A DNA stretch of 64,000 nt from Candidatus Omnitrophota bacterium (GCA_945877765.1 CAMDWQ010000001.1:86253-150252), one strand, 5' to 3'. Positions 1 to 10,552 are shown, numbered from the stretch's first letter. A program made the numbers and translations. Notes: generated by a model from the letters alone, not told the origin.

Positions 1-505
1 TCAAAAACATAAGCTTGCGCGTAAAAAAATATTTGAAATTAACAAGTTTAAGATTGCCTTTGATAACCCAGTTGGGCTCCTGTTCAAACGGCAGCATGAT
101 ATTCAAGCCAAAACTGTGTTCGGCGCCGGCACCCACCATCGCCGCCTCCATGATTCCGCTGGCGCCGCCCGTCGTCACCATCCAGCCTTTTTTCACGACC
201 ATCTGGCCAAACGCCTCGGCCATTTTATAATTGGGATGAGTGGGCTTGGTGCGAGCCGATCCAAACACCGCGACTTTAGGAATTGAGCGGTAAGGTTTAA
301 AAATTTTCATCGCGTGGCGCAATTCTTTAAATGCTGTATTCAAAAGCCGGATTTCGAGCGTGTTTAAATTTTCATCACGCAGCTTGGCGATGTTAAAAAG
401 CATGTCACGAAAAATCTCATCATCCGAACTGGGCGGGAAATCATTGCCCAGGAGACTGGTGATATCCTTTTTAAAACGCAGCATGTCTTTTTCGGTAATC
501 TTCAA
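1..505 (-). CDS. LOG family protein (TIGR00730-like), runs off the window start
   Basis: Manual translation gives KVAVFGSARTK...TTGGASGIMEAA...GLNIMLPFEQEPN...FKYFFTRKLMF. TTG start at 505 follows AGGAGG and overlaps the RluA stop. Confidence 0.88.
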   Translation of the reverse strand, partial: MKITEKDMLRFKKDITSLLGNDFPPSSDDEIFRDMLFNIAKLRDENLNTLEIRLLNTAFKELRHAMKIFKPYRSIPKVAVFGSARTKPTHPNYKMAEAFGQMVVKKGWMVTTGGASGIMEAAMVGAGAEHSFGLNIMLPFEQEPNWVIKGNLKLVNFKYFFTRKLMFL

Positions 506-1293
506 AACTGAATTCCTCCTAAAAAATCTGGCGGTGGGGACGAATATTCAACCGTTTTGTAGGTTAACGGATGATTGAAGCTTAAAGTTTCTGCGTGCAA
601 TGCTAGACGTCTTAATTTTAGCCGTGCGAGCATTTCCTCGTCAATCCCATTCACCACGTATTTTTGAAAAATAGAAAGGTCGATATAAATTTTGTCGCCC
701 ACGACCGGATGCCCCAAAAAAGCAAGGTGCGCGCGTATCTGATGTGTGCGACCGGTCAAGGGCTCGACCTCCAAATAGGAGTAAACAGCACGTCCAGCCC
801 CAACCCCTTCGTGGACAGAAAGTACTCGGTACTTGGTCTGTGCCTCTTCCCCATTCTCAGGGTCGTGACTGCGCACCGTTTGGAACCCGGAACTTGTGTC
901 GCGCCCCAGACGATATTCCATCATTCCTTCGACCGCTTCGGGACTTCCAAACACCAGTGCCCTGTACTTTTTTTTCACCCGCGCAGCCAAAAATTCCTTC
1001 CCAATAAAACGCGCCGCTTCATAATTTTTGGCGATGAGAATCACACCACTTGTCTCCGCATCCAGGCGATGCATAAAGCGAAGAGTAGCCCCTTCCCACC
1101 GAGGATCTTTTTTTAAAAGTGTGTGCAGATTTTTTTCAGCGTAAGAACCTACCGGGTGGACGGCCAGCGGCGCTGGCTTATCAATGACAAGAATCGCTTC
1201 ATCCTCATGAATCAAGCGATAATTGGTATCGACATAAAAATTGGCCGCTTTGACCCGTTCTCTTGGATAGATAGGCAGCGTCGCTAGAGACAA
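502..1293 (-). CDS. RluA family 23S rRNA pseudouridine synthase
   Basis: Motifs IDKPAPLAVHP, HRLDAETSG, TGRTHQIRAH, GHPVVGDKIY, LALHA. Start moved to the TTG just after the upstream stop; the longer ORF overlaps the DHS gene. Confidence 0.9.
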   Translation of the reverse strand: MSLATLPIYPRERVKAANFYVDTNYRLIHEDEAILVIDKPAPLAVHPVGSYAEKNLHTLLKKDPRWEGATLRFMHRLDAETSGVILIAKNYEAARFIGKEFLAARVKKKYRALVFGSPEAVEGMMEYRLGRDTSSGFQTVRSHDPENGEEAQTKYRVLSVHEGVGAGRAVYSYLEVEPLTGRTHQIRAHLAFLGHPVVGDKIYIDLSIFQKYVVNGIDEEMLARLKLRRLALHAETLSFNHPLTYKTVEYSSPPPDFLGGIQF

Positions 1294-1294
1294 A

Positions 1295-2329
1295 TTATTG
1301 AGTTGCCAAGACGTAGGCAAAAACAAGGGGCGCCACAATCGTAGCGTCTGACTCAATGATGAATCGCGGAGTGTTGCCGTCCAATTTTCCCCACGTAATT
1401 TTCTCGTTGGGAACCGCGCCGCTGTACGAGCCGTAGGAGGTGGTGCTGTCCGAAATCTGACAGAAATAGCCCCACAGACTGACTTTTTCTTTAAGATCCT
1501 GCTCAATCAGCGGAACGACACAGATTGGGAAATCTCCGGCGATGCCGCCGGCTATCTGGAAAAAGCCAATCGATTTTGTTTTTGTGTTTTCTTTGTACCA
1601 TTCAATCAGGTACGCCATCTGCTCAAGACCTGACTTTACCACCTGAAAATTAGACACTTCTTTGCGCATAACATTGGCGACAAAAATATTTCCCAGCGTC
1701 GAATCTTCCCAGCCCGGCGTAAAAATGGGTAAATTCTTTTCGCAAGCTGCTAACAGCCACGAGTCTTTGGGATCAATTTGATAATGTTCTTTAATCACTC
1801 CGCTGTTCAAAAGCTGATACATGTACTCGTAAGGAAAATACCGCTTTTTCTCCTGGTCGGCTTTTTGCCAAAATTTCAGCACCTGCCGCTCGATACGGCG
1901 CATCGCCTCTTCCTCGGGAATACAAGTATCGGTGACGCGATTCATTCCCTGTTCACGAAGCTCTACTTCTTGTTCGGCGGTCAGGTTGCGATATTGCGGC
2001 ACACGCTTGTAGTGGTCATGCGCGACGAGATTGAAGACGTCTTCTTCGAGGTTGGCTCCGGTGCAGGTGATCGCATGGACTTTGCCTTCACGAATCATTT
2101 CAGCAAGGGTGATTCCTAATTCCGCGGTGCTCATTGCGCCGCCCAAAGTCACCATCATTTTATTGCCGTTTCTCAGATGCTCGCAATAAGCCTCGGCAGC
2201 ATCGATGATCACCGCGGAGTTGAAATGACGAAAATTGTGCGTGATAAATTCTTTGACCGCTTTGAAATCAGTAGCTTTGGTAGCCATGCCGGCTTTAGAA
2301 ATTTTGGGTGACTGCGTCTGTATCGCCAT
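1295..2329 (-). CDS. Deoxyhypusine synthase-like protein (bacterial homospermidine synthase type)
   Basis: Motifs TLGGAMSTAELG, TGANLEED, NRVTDTCIPEEE, GGIAGDF, SYSGAVPNEKITWGK. RBS GAGAGGGA. Confidence 0.92.
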   Translation of the reverse strand: MAIQTQSPKISKAGMATKATDFKAVKEFITHNFRHFNSAVIIDAAEAYCEHLRNGNKMMVTLGGAMSTAELGITLAEMIREGKVHAITCTGANLEEDVFNLVAHDHYKRVPQYRNLTAEQEVELREQGMNRVTDTCIPEEEAMRRIERQVLKFWQKADQEKKRYFPYEYMYQLLNSGVIKEHYQIDPKDSWLLAACEKNLPIFTPGWEDSTLGNIFVANVMRKEVSNFQVVKSGLEQMAYLIEWYKENTKTKSIGFFQIAGGIAGDFPICVVPLIEQDLKEKVSLWGYFCQISDSTTSYGSYSGAVPNEKITWGKLDGNTPRFIIESDATIVAPLVFAYVLATQ

Positions 2330-2358
2330 ATTCCCTCTCGTGGGTTCTATTTTTCTAC

Positions 2359-2485
2359 GTCATTCCCGAAAGTTTTAATCGGGAATCAAACCTCTGATCA
2401 TGTCATTCCCGAGGGCTTTAATCGGGAATCAAACCTATGTATGATCCCCGATAAATAATCTCGGGGATGACACTGTGGGATGACA
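2359..2485. repeat. REP-like palindromic cluster (GTCATTCCCG...CGGGAATC / GATCCCCG...CGGGGATGAC)
   Basis: Two forward units and one inverted unit. Same family at 2848, 42218, 42777, 47803 and 56281. Confidence 0.85.
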
Positions 2486-2561
2486 AACTATTCCAAGTCA
2501 TTTTATAGCATTAATATATAACACGAATAGCGCTGGCGCCACAAGACAAATATGGGCCGTC

Positions 2562-2822
2562 TTAAGTTTTTCTAGATAAATTACGAACAAACGCCACTAG
2601 GAGCACGACCGCAACTACCGGAATGACGACATACACAAAAAAGAAGACAAAGAACACCAGCAATCCGACCCCCAAACAAATCCCAAAAATCTTCGTCAGG
2701 AAATTTTGAGGCACCACAAAACTGGACGCTTTGGGCGTGGCGGAATAAGTATAACGGATTTCACCCTGGTCGGGTTTTTCGGGGTGTAATTCAATAATTT
2801 GTTTATTTTCAGACGAAGCCAT
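2562..2822 (-). CDS. Small membrane protein, hypothetical
   Basis: 86 aa with a long hydrophobic C-terminal segment and a plausible RBS (AGAGGG). Confidence 0.65.
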   Translation of the reverse strand: MASSENKQIIELHPEKPDQGEIRYTYSATPKASSFVVPQNFLTKIFGICLGVGLLVFFVFFFVYVVIPVVAVVLLVAFVRNLSRKT

Positions 2823-2847
2823 TAGAGCCCTCTACATCATTCCTACC

Positions 2848-2938
2848 TGTCATTCCCTATGTCATTCCCGAAAGTTTTAATCGGGAATCAAACCTGCACA
2901 TGATCCCCGATAAGAGATCTCGGGGATGACACTGTGGG
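2848..2938. repeat. REP-like palindromic doublet
   Basis: Near-identical to 2401-2478, including the trailing CTGTGGG. Confidence 0.85.
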
Positions 2939-2953
2939 TACTAGTAGAGACAT

Positions 2954-5218
2954 TCAGTTACCTTTCATCAAATTCAGTGCACTGCCCGCTTTGAACCACT
3001 CCACCTGTTCTTGTGTAAACGAGTGTGTGAGCTCAGCGGTATCTTTTGACTCGTCCGCATGCGTTATCGTCAACTTGAGATTTTTTCCGGGCGCCAGGTC
3101 TTTTAGGCCTGTAATGGCCAGCTTGTCATTTTCTTGAATTTTTTCATATTCCATAGGATTCGCAAATCTCGCCGCCAAGACTCCCTGTTTTTTGAGATTG
3201 GTTTCGTGAATGCGGGCAAAGCTCTTGGCAATTACGGCTTTGCAGCCCAAAAATCGCGGAGACATTGCCGCGTGTTCACGGCTGGAGCCTTCTCCGTAAT
3301 TCTCGTCTCCAATGACAACCCACGCCTTGGCGTGCTTTTGATAATCCCGTGCAACCGCAGCAGGGGGCATCTCTTCGGCGCTTTTGAGCCAGTTCTTCGC
3401 TGTGCCAGGTTTGCTGGTAAAAGCGTTGTTGGCGCCTAGAAACATATTGTCTGAAATTTTATCCAGATGACCGCGATACTTTAACCACACACCCGCAGGA
3501 GAAATATGATCCGTGGTGCATTTGCCTTTGGCTTTAAGCAACACCAGCATATTTTCGAAATCATTTCCGTCCCAAGCTTTAAACGGTGCCAACTTCTGCA
3601 AGCGGTCGCTTGAGGGGCTAATCACCACCTCTTTATTTTTTCTCTCGTCCATCGGAAGCGGCGCAATAAATCCCGCCTCACCCGGCGCATAACCTTTGGC
3701 GGGCAACTCGTCCGCGTGGGGGGCTTCCAAAAAGATTTCACGTCCATCCGCGGTTTTTAATTTATCCTTCATCGGATTAAAATCCAGCCGCCCAGCAATC
3801 GCGTAAGCCGTCACAATCTCAGGGGAACCAATAAACGAAAGCGTTTCGGCGTTGCCATCATTGCGTGCTGGGAAATTACGATTAAACGAACTCACAATGG
3901 AATTGGATTCTCCTTTTTTGATGTCATCACGTTTCCACTGGCCGATGCAGGGACCGCAAGCATTCGCTAGCACCGTGCCGCCAATACTTTCAAGCGCTTG
4001 GAGCTGTCCGTCGCGGCGAATCGTATTTTGAATTTGATCGGAGCCCGGAGAAATCAAAAAATAGCTGGCCGCTTGGATGCCCGCTTTCTTGGCCTGCGTG
4101 GCAATGTTGGCAGCGCGTCCTATGTCTTCATACGAAGAATTGGTACAGCTTCCGATGAGTGCCGCTTTCACGGTGACCGGATAGCCCTTCTCTCTGACTT
4201 CTTGGGCAAATTGGGATACAGGCCGCGCCAAATCCGGCGTGTGCGGGCCGACGATGTAAGGCTCAAGCGTCGACAGGTCTATCTCTACCACTTCATCATA
4301 ATATTTCCTGGGGTCCTTTTCGACTTCCGGATCCGCAACGAGAAACTCGCGGTATTCATCGGCAAGTTTGGCGATACCTTCACGCTGAGTTGCGCGAAGA
4401 TAAGCAGCCATGCGCTCATCATAAGGAAACACCGACGTCGTTGCTCCGAGTTCGGCGCCCATATTGGTAATCGTGCCTTTACCGGTACAACTGAGCGACT
4501 TGGTTCCGGGGCCGAAATACTCGACAATTTTATCCGTGCCGCCCTTGACGGTCAAAATGCCGCAAAGTTTTAAAATGACGTCTTTGGCCGATGCCCAGCC
4601 ATTCAAAGAGCCGGTCAATTTGACGCCAATGAGCTTAGGACATTTGACTTCCCAGCTAAGTCCTGCCATCACATCCGCCGCATCCGCTCCGCCCACACCA
4701 ATCGCCAGCATGCCAAGTCCACCGCCATTAGGCGTATGAGAATCGGTTCCTATAATCAAAGCACCCGGAAATGCATAATTTTCAAGCACCACCTGGTGAA
4801 TAATTCCTGAGCCAGGCTTCCAAAATCCCATCCCATAACGCGCCGCCGCCGAACTTAAAAAATCATACACTTCACGATTAATCTCAAGAGCATTTTTCAT
4901 GTCCTCCGCCGCGCCGCTACGCGCCAGAATTAAATGATCGCAATGAATCGTGGACGGCACCGCCACCGTCTCTCGCCCCGCCTGCATAAACTGCAAAATC
5001 GCCATCTGCGCCGTCGCATCCTGCATCGCCACTCGATCCGGCCTTAAAATTAAATAGCTCTCCCCCCTCTTGAATTCTTGCGAGGCTAAATTATCCGCAT
5101 GCGCCGCCAATATCTTTTCAGCAAGCGTCAGAGGCCGCCCAAGCTTCTTGCGAAGCGCTTCAACCGCCGATTTAAATTTAGCGTAAACAGCTTTCACTTG
5201 GGCTTCCATTTCGTTCAT
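2954..5218 (-). CDS. acn: Aconitate hydratase (mitochondrial-type family)
   Basis: Motifs [71 protein letters not shown] 5218 follows GAAAGG. Confidence 0.95.
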   Translation of the reverse strand: MNEMEAQVKAVYAKFKSAVEALRKKLGRPLTLAEKILAAHADNLASQEFKRGESYLILRPDRVAMQDATAQMAILQFMQAGRETVAVPSTIHCDHLILARSGAAEDMKNALEINREVYDFLSSAAARYGMGFWKPGSGIIHQVVLENYAFPGALIIGTDSHTPNGGGLGMLAIGVGGADAADVMAGLSWEVKCPKLIGVKLTGSLNGWASAKDVILKLCGILTVKGGTDKIVEYFGPGTKSLSCTGKGTITNMGAELGATTSVFPYDERMAAYLRATQREGIAKLADEYREFLVADPEVEKDPRKYYDEVVEIDLSTLEPYIVGPHTPDLARPVSQFAQEVREKGYPVTVKAALIGSCTNSSYEDIGRAANIATQAKKAGIQAASYFLISPGSDQIQNTIRRDGQLQALESIGGTVLANACGPCIGQWKRDDIKKGESNSIVSSFNRNFPARNDGNAETLSFIGSPEIVTAYAIAGRLDFNPMKDKLKTADGREIFLEAPHADELPAKGYAPGEAGFIAPLPMDERKNKEVVISPSSDRLQKLAPFKAWDGNDFENMLVLLKAKGKCTTDHISPAGVWLKYRGHLDKISDNMFLGANNAFTSKPGTAKNWLKSAEEMPPAAVARDYQKHAKAWVVIGDENYGEGSSREHAAMSPRFLGCKAVIAKSFARIHETNLKKQGVLAARFANPMEYEKIQENDKLAITGLKDLAPGKNLKLTITHADESKDTAELTHSFTQEQVEWFKAGSALNLMKGN

Positions 5219-5408
5219 TTTTTTACCTTTCGATGAATAAAATTCTTGTGAGAACAATGGTGGTTATTATATCACGCCCCGCCATCCCGAGCGAGCATAG
5301 CGAGGAGGAAGTAGCTCCCGCGAGCGTCGTAGGTTTGCAGCTTGTGTGATCAATAGACACTATAAATTTGACTAAAATTGCCCCACCAAAATTGCTTAAA
5401 TTTGATTT

Positions 5409-5437
5409 TTGACATTCTCCATACAATATTGTATAGT
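5409..5437 (+). promoter_or_regulatory. Sigma70-type promoter TTGACA-17bp-TATAGT
   Basis: Near-consensus hexamers with optimal spacing, directly upstream of the structured RNA. Confidence 0.75.
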
Positions 5438-5443
5438 TGCGTA

Positions 5444-5535
5444 GGTCGCTACTATTGTTGAACCCTGCACCTTATGGTGCAGTCCCCGCAAAGGGGTGCT
5501 TCCGAAAGGGAGGTAGACAATAGAGCGGCTTTTTT
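5444..5535 (+). ncRNA. Candidate DUF3800-associated structured small RNA (four-way junction)
   Basis: Closing stem GTCGCT-A-CTATTGT / ACAATAG-AGCGGC encloses hairpins CTGCACC-ttat-GGTGCAG, CCCC-gcaaa-GGGG and CTTCC-gaaa-GGGAG. Own promoter and a U6 tail. Confidence 0.7.
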
Positions 5536-6313
5536 ATTTATTGCCTCTGGGTGTGCTAGCTTTCCGCTTTGTCAGTGCCACTTCCACGTCAAATGTCCAG
5601 ATATTGAATGGAGCTCCCGCACGAGTATCATATTGGAGCCCCGCCCCCAATAGCTTTTCAATATAATGAATCATCTCTTTCTTGGCCTCTGAGGCATTGG
5701 CTTCTAACGCAAAGTTGTTCCGCACATAACCAATCGCCCCGATCAACACATCTACTATTTGAATGAACCCTTCAGGATGCTCGCCGCTAGAATGTCTGGG
5801 TTCCACGGTTGCTATGACATTCTTCAATTTAAGTTCCCTGGAAATCGAGGCATTTAAAGTTTTCTTAAGCACATCCAATCTGAATGGGTAGCGGTTCTTT
5901 TTATCATCCAACAAAATCAAAACATTGCTCCCATCCTCCTCAATCGCAAGCCTTTTGACAGATTGGAAAAGCAAGTGGAAAAATACTTTGTAAAACGAAT
6001 GCTCTTTATCTCCATCTCCATATTTTCTATATTCTTTTTTATAGGTATCAATCACATGCGCTCTAAATTGAAAATGATTGGCTTTTAAATGTTCAAAGAA
6101 CCATGCCACAAGCTTCTTGTATTTTTCAAGATAAGTTTTGCTTACTTTTGCCCACTTCACCTCACCCTGCCATTTTAATTGAAGGGATTCTTTTAAAGCT
6201 TTTAGTTCTTCGACTAAAAGAAGATGATTGTTCCTGGAAATAATAAGGGCGCCAATAATCAAATGCTTTTTATTAGTGCTACTTTCATCACATACGATTG
6301 TGTACTTCATCAA
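5534..6313 (-). CDS. DUF3800 domain protein
   Basis: N-terminal IVCDESS, EVKWAK, central LLDD and C-terminal S...FIQIVDVLIGAI match the DUF3800 pattern. Low GC. Confidence 0.85.
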   Translation of the reverse strand: MMKYTIVCDESSTNKKHLIIGALIISRNNHLLLVEELKALKESLQLKWQGEVKWAKVSKTYLEKYKKLVAWFFEHLKANHFQFRAHVIDTYKKEYRKYGDGDKEHSFYKVFFHLLFQSVKRLAIEEDGSNVLILLDDKKNRYPFRLDVLKKTLNASISRELKLKNVIATVEPRHSSGEHPEGFIQIVDVLIGAIGYVRNNFALEANASEAKKEMIHYIEKLLGAGLQYDTRAGAPFNIWTFDVEVALTKRKASTPRGNK

Positions 6314-6382
6314 TTACCCTCAAACTTTTTTTGGGGAGCAATTTTGATAATTATATCACAGGAAGATTTTAATAAGAGGTTC

Positions 6383-6443
6383 GAGCACCTCACACCTGCG
6401 GGGTGTGCCGCCGCATTTGGCGGTACTCCCCGGAGGTGTGTAC
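6383..6443. repeat. Short GC-rich multi-hairpin intergenic element
   Basis: CACACC-tgcgg-GGTGTG and CCGCC-gcattt-GGCGG hairpins in an AT-rich context. Confidence 0.4.
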
Positions 6444-6487
6444 ACGGTAACACGGTGTTCAGTTGGATGTTGCATCAAATCCAGCAA

Positions 6488-6937
6488 CTACTGGGAGGGC
6501 GTCAAAACCTTTATCTCAAACATAAATTTTTTTTGATGAAAGGATATCTCTTCGACCTGCTCAAAAAAATCTCTCCCAAGAACCCCAATACTATGGTTAT
6601 TCATTTTCTCGGTAAAGGCTGCCTCGCAGGGAAAAACCCGCTCTTCGTTGTTGATGGAGATAATAATATTTATTTTGCGATAGTAACACTTCACGCTACC
6701 GCCAAAACCGGACCTGATGATGCCCGGAACTCCATCCACCACCACACCAATTTTTTCACCAAATGAGGAAGGAAACACAGAATGACGCGAACCGGAATCT
6801 ACCAGGGAGGGAAACAAAAAACTGGTTCTTATGCCCTTGTGCTCTATGGCGGTCTGGACCATCGGGAAATACACCACTTCTTGACTAGCGATAGGGTCCC
6901 CTATTTGGGTATAGGGAATTTGGTAGGTCTTGATCAA
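6488..6937 (-). CDS. Retropepsin-like aspartyl protease
   Basis: LVDSGS catalytic motif and C-terminal GVLGRDFF. Confidence 0.8.
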   Translation of the reverse strand: MIKTYQIPYTQIGDPIASQEVVYFPMVQTAIEHKGIRTSFLFPSLVDSGSRHSVFPSSFGEKIGVVVDGVPGIIRSGFGGSVKCYYRKINIIISINNEERVFPCEAAFTEKMNNHSIGVLGRDFFEQVEEISFHQKKFMFEIKVLTPSQ

Positions 6938-7140
6938 AAGAAAAAAGAGATATCGGCGATATTAGGTACTTTGATCAAAAAAGGATTTGACTCACCCTTG
7001 ATCGTGGCTTCATTTAAAGCCTCATCCATCGTATTCCCTGATCCTAAAACGGTCTTTTCATCACGAGTAAGAGTTACCCACTTTCCTTTGAATGGCTCTA
7101 AAATGTGAGAGAGGTTGATAGGGATCATCGTGTGTTCCAT
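6934..7140 (-). CDS. DUF5678-like small protein, coupled to the aspartyl protease
   Basis: FKGKWVTL...VLGSG...EALNEA...PFLIKVP pattern and a 4-bp overlap with the protease. Confidence 0.72.
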   Translation of the reverse strand: MEHTMIPINLSHILEPFKGKWVTLTRDEKTVLGSGNTMDEALNEATIKGESNPFLIKVPNIADISFFF

Positions 7141-7150
7141 TTCTTAGGGA

Positions 7151-7336
7151 TTAGGTACGTGCCCCAAAACTCTGTTCCACATCCCCTAATCTCTCCATAT
7201 CACGAAGAACTTCTAAAGAAGATTCTTTTACAAGAGCAGATTCCGTATGCAAGCATTTTTTCAGCATTTTACGATGGCTTAATTTATTGAAAAAACCTAA
7301 CGCTGTATTTCTATGGAGATTTCGTTTCATTTTCAT
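7151..7336 (-). CDS. Small hypothetical protein
   Basis: 61-aa ORF filling the gap in a co-oriented gene string. No recognised motif. Confidence 0.4.
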   Translation of the reverse strand: MKMKRNLHRNTALGFFNKLSHRKMLKKCLHTESALVKESSLEVLRDMERLGDVEQSFGART

Positions 7337-7361
7337 CTGACGGGTACATCTTCGATATCTT

Positions 7362-7568
7362 TTAAGTGCCTACCGGAATCTCAACAAAAGAAGACTGTTG
7401 CATGCGAAACCGCGCCTCAAAATCATGGACGATAGCGCCGACAACTTTTTTGTTATCTTTGTGGTATTTAAGCAGGAGGCCGTTTCCCGCGTCCCGCGCA
7501 ACTGTGTTGGCCTGGTCTCCGAAAAAAACATACAGCGTATCTGTTTTGTCATCATAGGATATTTTCAT
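7362..7568 (-). CDS. DUF2283 family protein (putative antitoxin)
   Basis: MKISYDDKTDTLYVFF...VVGAIVHDF pattern. Confidence 0.8.
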   Translation of the reverse strand: MKISYDDKTDTLYVFFGDQANTVARDAGNGLLLKYHKDNKKVVGAIVHDFEARFRMQQSSFVEIPVGT

Positions 7569-7900
7569 GTTAGGAAGTCCTTTGTCTCTTTAAACCACAC
7601 AATGTTGCCGCCCTTGATTTTATCGCTGATGTGCGCTGATTTTACGTGACTCTTCTCAACTTCCACATAAGCGACATGCACTAATGGCTTCTTTGCTCTT
7701 TTATGATAAATAACGGTATTCGGTAATTCATCCTCGGTCAATAATATTGGATCCTTCAATATAGCCTCTACAAATAGAAACGGCTCCCCAACATCAGGAT
7801 GAGACTGACGAATATGATCGATGGTGTGGTCATAAATTTTGACGGATTTCCCCTGAAAATCGACGATAACTCTAAAATCCTGGGATGTTTTTTCTTTCAT
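7565..7900 (-). CDS. Putative RelE/BECR-like toxin partner of DUF2283
   Basis: HIRQSHPD...ILKDP...VKSAHISDKIKGG.IVW pattern and a 4-bp overlap with DUF2283. Confidence 0.6.
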   Translation of the reverse strand: MKEKTSQDFRVIVDFQGKSVKIYDHTIDHIRQSHPDVGEPFLFVEAILKDPILLTEDELPNTVIYHKRAKKPLVHVAYVEVEKSHVKSAHISDKIKGGNIVWFKETKDFLT

Positions 7901-8000
7901 TGCGCACCAATAGGTTGATATAAATTAACTTGTGTTAATTATGCCATATATTATATGCGCATTCAAATTCTCTAGGCGAGTCTTCAAAACCCCCAGCTTC

Positions 8001-9714
8001 TTACGCAGACTGTTCCGCCATGCGGGCGGCCTGAGAAAGGAGTCGTAGGGCGTTGTCTAGTTGCAGGAGAGGCAGAACCACGTAATGACTCAGATTGGGT
8101 ATCTCGTCGCCTTTCAAGGCTTTAATAAATGCCGCAATGTTACCAATCTTATGTCCCAAAAGAGTCTCGTAGACGCGAACTAACCTCTCGAAATAGCCCT
8201 TTCGCTCAGGAGTCAGCTCAGGAACTCTCGCCGCAAGCCTTGCGGCTCGATGAACGGCAGGATGCATAATGTCATTTTTATCCAATACTTTCACTATAAA
8301 GTGTCGAGCGGGGGTCTTGCCAATGATAGGCAGTTTGGCGGTGATTACTTTACCATCTTTAAAGCCGTCCATAGAAATAACTCTCACATTGTCTATGTCA
8401 TCCTTGTAGGGTTGGGGCAGGTCGGCTGGTTTGCTAATAAAAAGCTTCTGAACGTCAACCGGTAGATCATAAACCTCCGCCATCGCCTGTTCAATTTTCC
8501 AAGAATCTCCACCAAACAGCACTACAAAATTGGGATCCTGTTTCTTTTCCAGAATATAACGCCTTAACAAATAAGTCAGGTTGGGACCAAAAGCCTCTTG
8601 TGGAAGAATATTAAGATCAAATATCTCTACCACTTTAGTCTGGGTGATAGATTCGGGGAGGTCCTCGAAGAATTCATTGACACTTCTATCAGCCTCACCC
8701 AGCATCCTCGTGTAGTCGGACATCGGTAGCTTCACCTGGACTTTCTCAGGACTCAGCAAATCAGTCCCAGCGGGGATAATATTCTTGGGATTAATGACGC
8801 GGGGCATTCCTAAGCCCTTGAGCCAATACCTGCCCTGAGCATCAAGCACCACATGTAAAAGGGTGTCACCCACCACTATATCCCCGGCCCTGGTACGGTT
8901 TTGTTCTCTGATCACGCGCGCAACAAACGTAACTAATTCGCTTTCTTGGGCGGCGGTGCGAGTACTTGTTGGGATAGAAGTAGCAGTAACTGGTTGGGTT
9001 GTAGGGGCAAGACGGGCGGCAGTCGCCACCACTTTTCTAACAAGAGCAGCTTCTTCACCGTCGACCTCAACAAACTCAAATTTCTTTCTAAAATCCGTGA
9101 GATTATTTGGTGCATTGATTGCAATAAACGGATCACCCGTCACCAGCCCCCCATCTGCCATCATGCTATAAAGCTTATCCCACACCGCATCCAATCGATC
9201 TTCCCAAAGCTCGATACGAATCACTCCCGATGCAAAAATCAGTTTAAACTGAGTACCGGTGGGGGGCTCATAATCTAAAATATTATCTCTGACCAAAGTA
9301 ATCCTAGATTTTACGTCATCTTCCATGCGAATAAACGCCCGGATTCTTTTAATTGTATTCTGTAAATCAACATCCAGCGACGTGACGTGAGTCGCCTGGG
9401 CATGCTCTATGAAATACCGCGTTTCGGAGAACCCATCACCCTCCCCTAGCACCAACACGCCGTTATTGAATAAAAGGTTCTCGAGATTATCCAAAGCCAA
9501 GCTCTTTAAATATGCGCTTATGGTTGATTCGAAACGAAATAGCGACATAAAAGACCCTGAACCATCCTGTAGAACGGACGCAGAACGGTCGAGCTCGTCG
9601 TCAGTACGTCGGGATAATTGCACGAGAGTGGCTTTTTCGGTCAGAACATACTGCCTTGAAGCGCTCTCATAACTGACGCTAAAAGCCTTGCGTTTGTTAT
9701 CCCAGCTATCAACG
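8001..9714 (-). pseudogene. 3' remnant of a giant-protein family gene (SAM-methyltransferase-like module, AARL linker, C-terminal domain), truncated by IS21
   Basis: Frame is open up to the IS end at 9715 and the listed start lies inside the IS. Contains VLVLGEGDG..VTSLDVD, TAARLAP, and the C-terminus AARMAEQSA like the giant paralogs. Confidence 0.75.
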
Positions 9715-9871
9715 TGTTGGGCATCACCACAACAACAACGAATCCCGTCAATAGTGTTGTCGCCGATGTCTTTCGTCTGACACCCCTGCACCGGTCACGG
9801 TGATTTAACACATCAGCCTTGCTTTTGTAGGATCCGGAATTTTAAAGCTCTTGACCGGTCTCAAGACGAAT

Positions 9872-10552
9872 TTAGTTTTTTGGTTGCCTATAGGATTTTC
9901 CCTCCAGTGTTAAAAAAGTTCCTTTAAGATTCAATCTGTCGAGAATTGCTGTGGCTGTCGCAGGGTCAAAGATCTTGCCCCACTGAGAAGGAATGAGATT
10001 GGTCGTCACAAGGGTAGATCCGATCTCCGAGCGTTTGGAGATGATCTGAAAGATATCGTTGGCCTCTTCCAGAGACGGGAATACGTAGCCCAACTCATCT
10101 AGGCACAAGACTCTGACGCTTGCGTAGTACTGTATAAGGCTGTGTTTACTCCTGGAATTCTTGAGTTTTCCCACAAGATCGAAGCAACTGATAAAAATCG
10201 CTGTTTCGCCCTCCTGGATCGCTTGGTAACAAAGCGAGGTGGCAAGATGTGTCTTTCCCACCCCTGCCGGACCCACCAGAACGAGATTCTTGGCCTGCTG
10301 TATCCAGGGGGATTTGGCAAACTCCAAAAAAGATTCCCTTGGAAGCTTGGGGCTCATCTTCCAGTCGAAGTCTTGAAGACACTTGATTCTTTTGATGCCT
10401 GAACGATTCAGAAGGTATTGGATCCTCCGGCATTTTCTCTGACGGCACTCCTCCTCAAGGATGGGTGTTAGTGCTTTTATATCCTCTACAGAGAGGTCTT
10501 CGGGGTTTGATACGAACTTCAAGTCCTTCCAGAGTTCAGTTATTTTGGTCAT
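9872..10552 (-). CDS. istB: IS21 helper ATPase IstB
   Basis: Walker A GPAGVGKT, Walker B LCLDELGY, TTNL, ILDRL, GKSYR. Confidence 0.93.
   Translation of the reverse strand: MTKITELWKDLKFVSNPEDLSVEDIKALTPILEEECRQRKCRRIQYLLNRSGIKRIKCLQDFDWKMSPKLPRESFLEFAKSPWIQQAKNLVLVGPAGVGKTHLATSLCYQAIQEGETAIFISCFDLVGKLKNSRSKHSLIQYYASVRVLCLDELGYVFPSLEEANDIFQIISKRSEIGSTLVTTNLIPSQWGKIFDPATATAILDRLNLKGTFLTLEGKSYRQPKN

Noticed and set aside
1294-1506. Long N-terminus of RluA
   Set aside because: It overlaps the DHS coding region in another frame and shows no RluA-like sequence.
2359-2938. CRISPR array
   Set aside because: The repeats are inverted palindromic doublets with no regular unique spacers, and no cas genes are in the window.
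5281-5334. Riboswitch upstream of aconitase
   Set aside because: It looks like a degenerate REP-type fragment (GCCATCCCGAGCGAGCATAGCGAG), and no known aptamer consensus was recognised.
5444-5535. tRNA gene (cloverleaf-like fold)
   Set aside because: No TTC T-loop, D-loop GG, 7-nt anticodon loop or CCA end. Kept as a candidate ncRNA instead.
9715-9791. Native N-terminus of the 596-aa ORF (MQGCQ...CCC)
   Set aside because: These codons lie inside the IS21 terminal repeat region, so the fusion is incidental.
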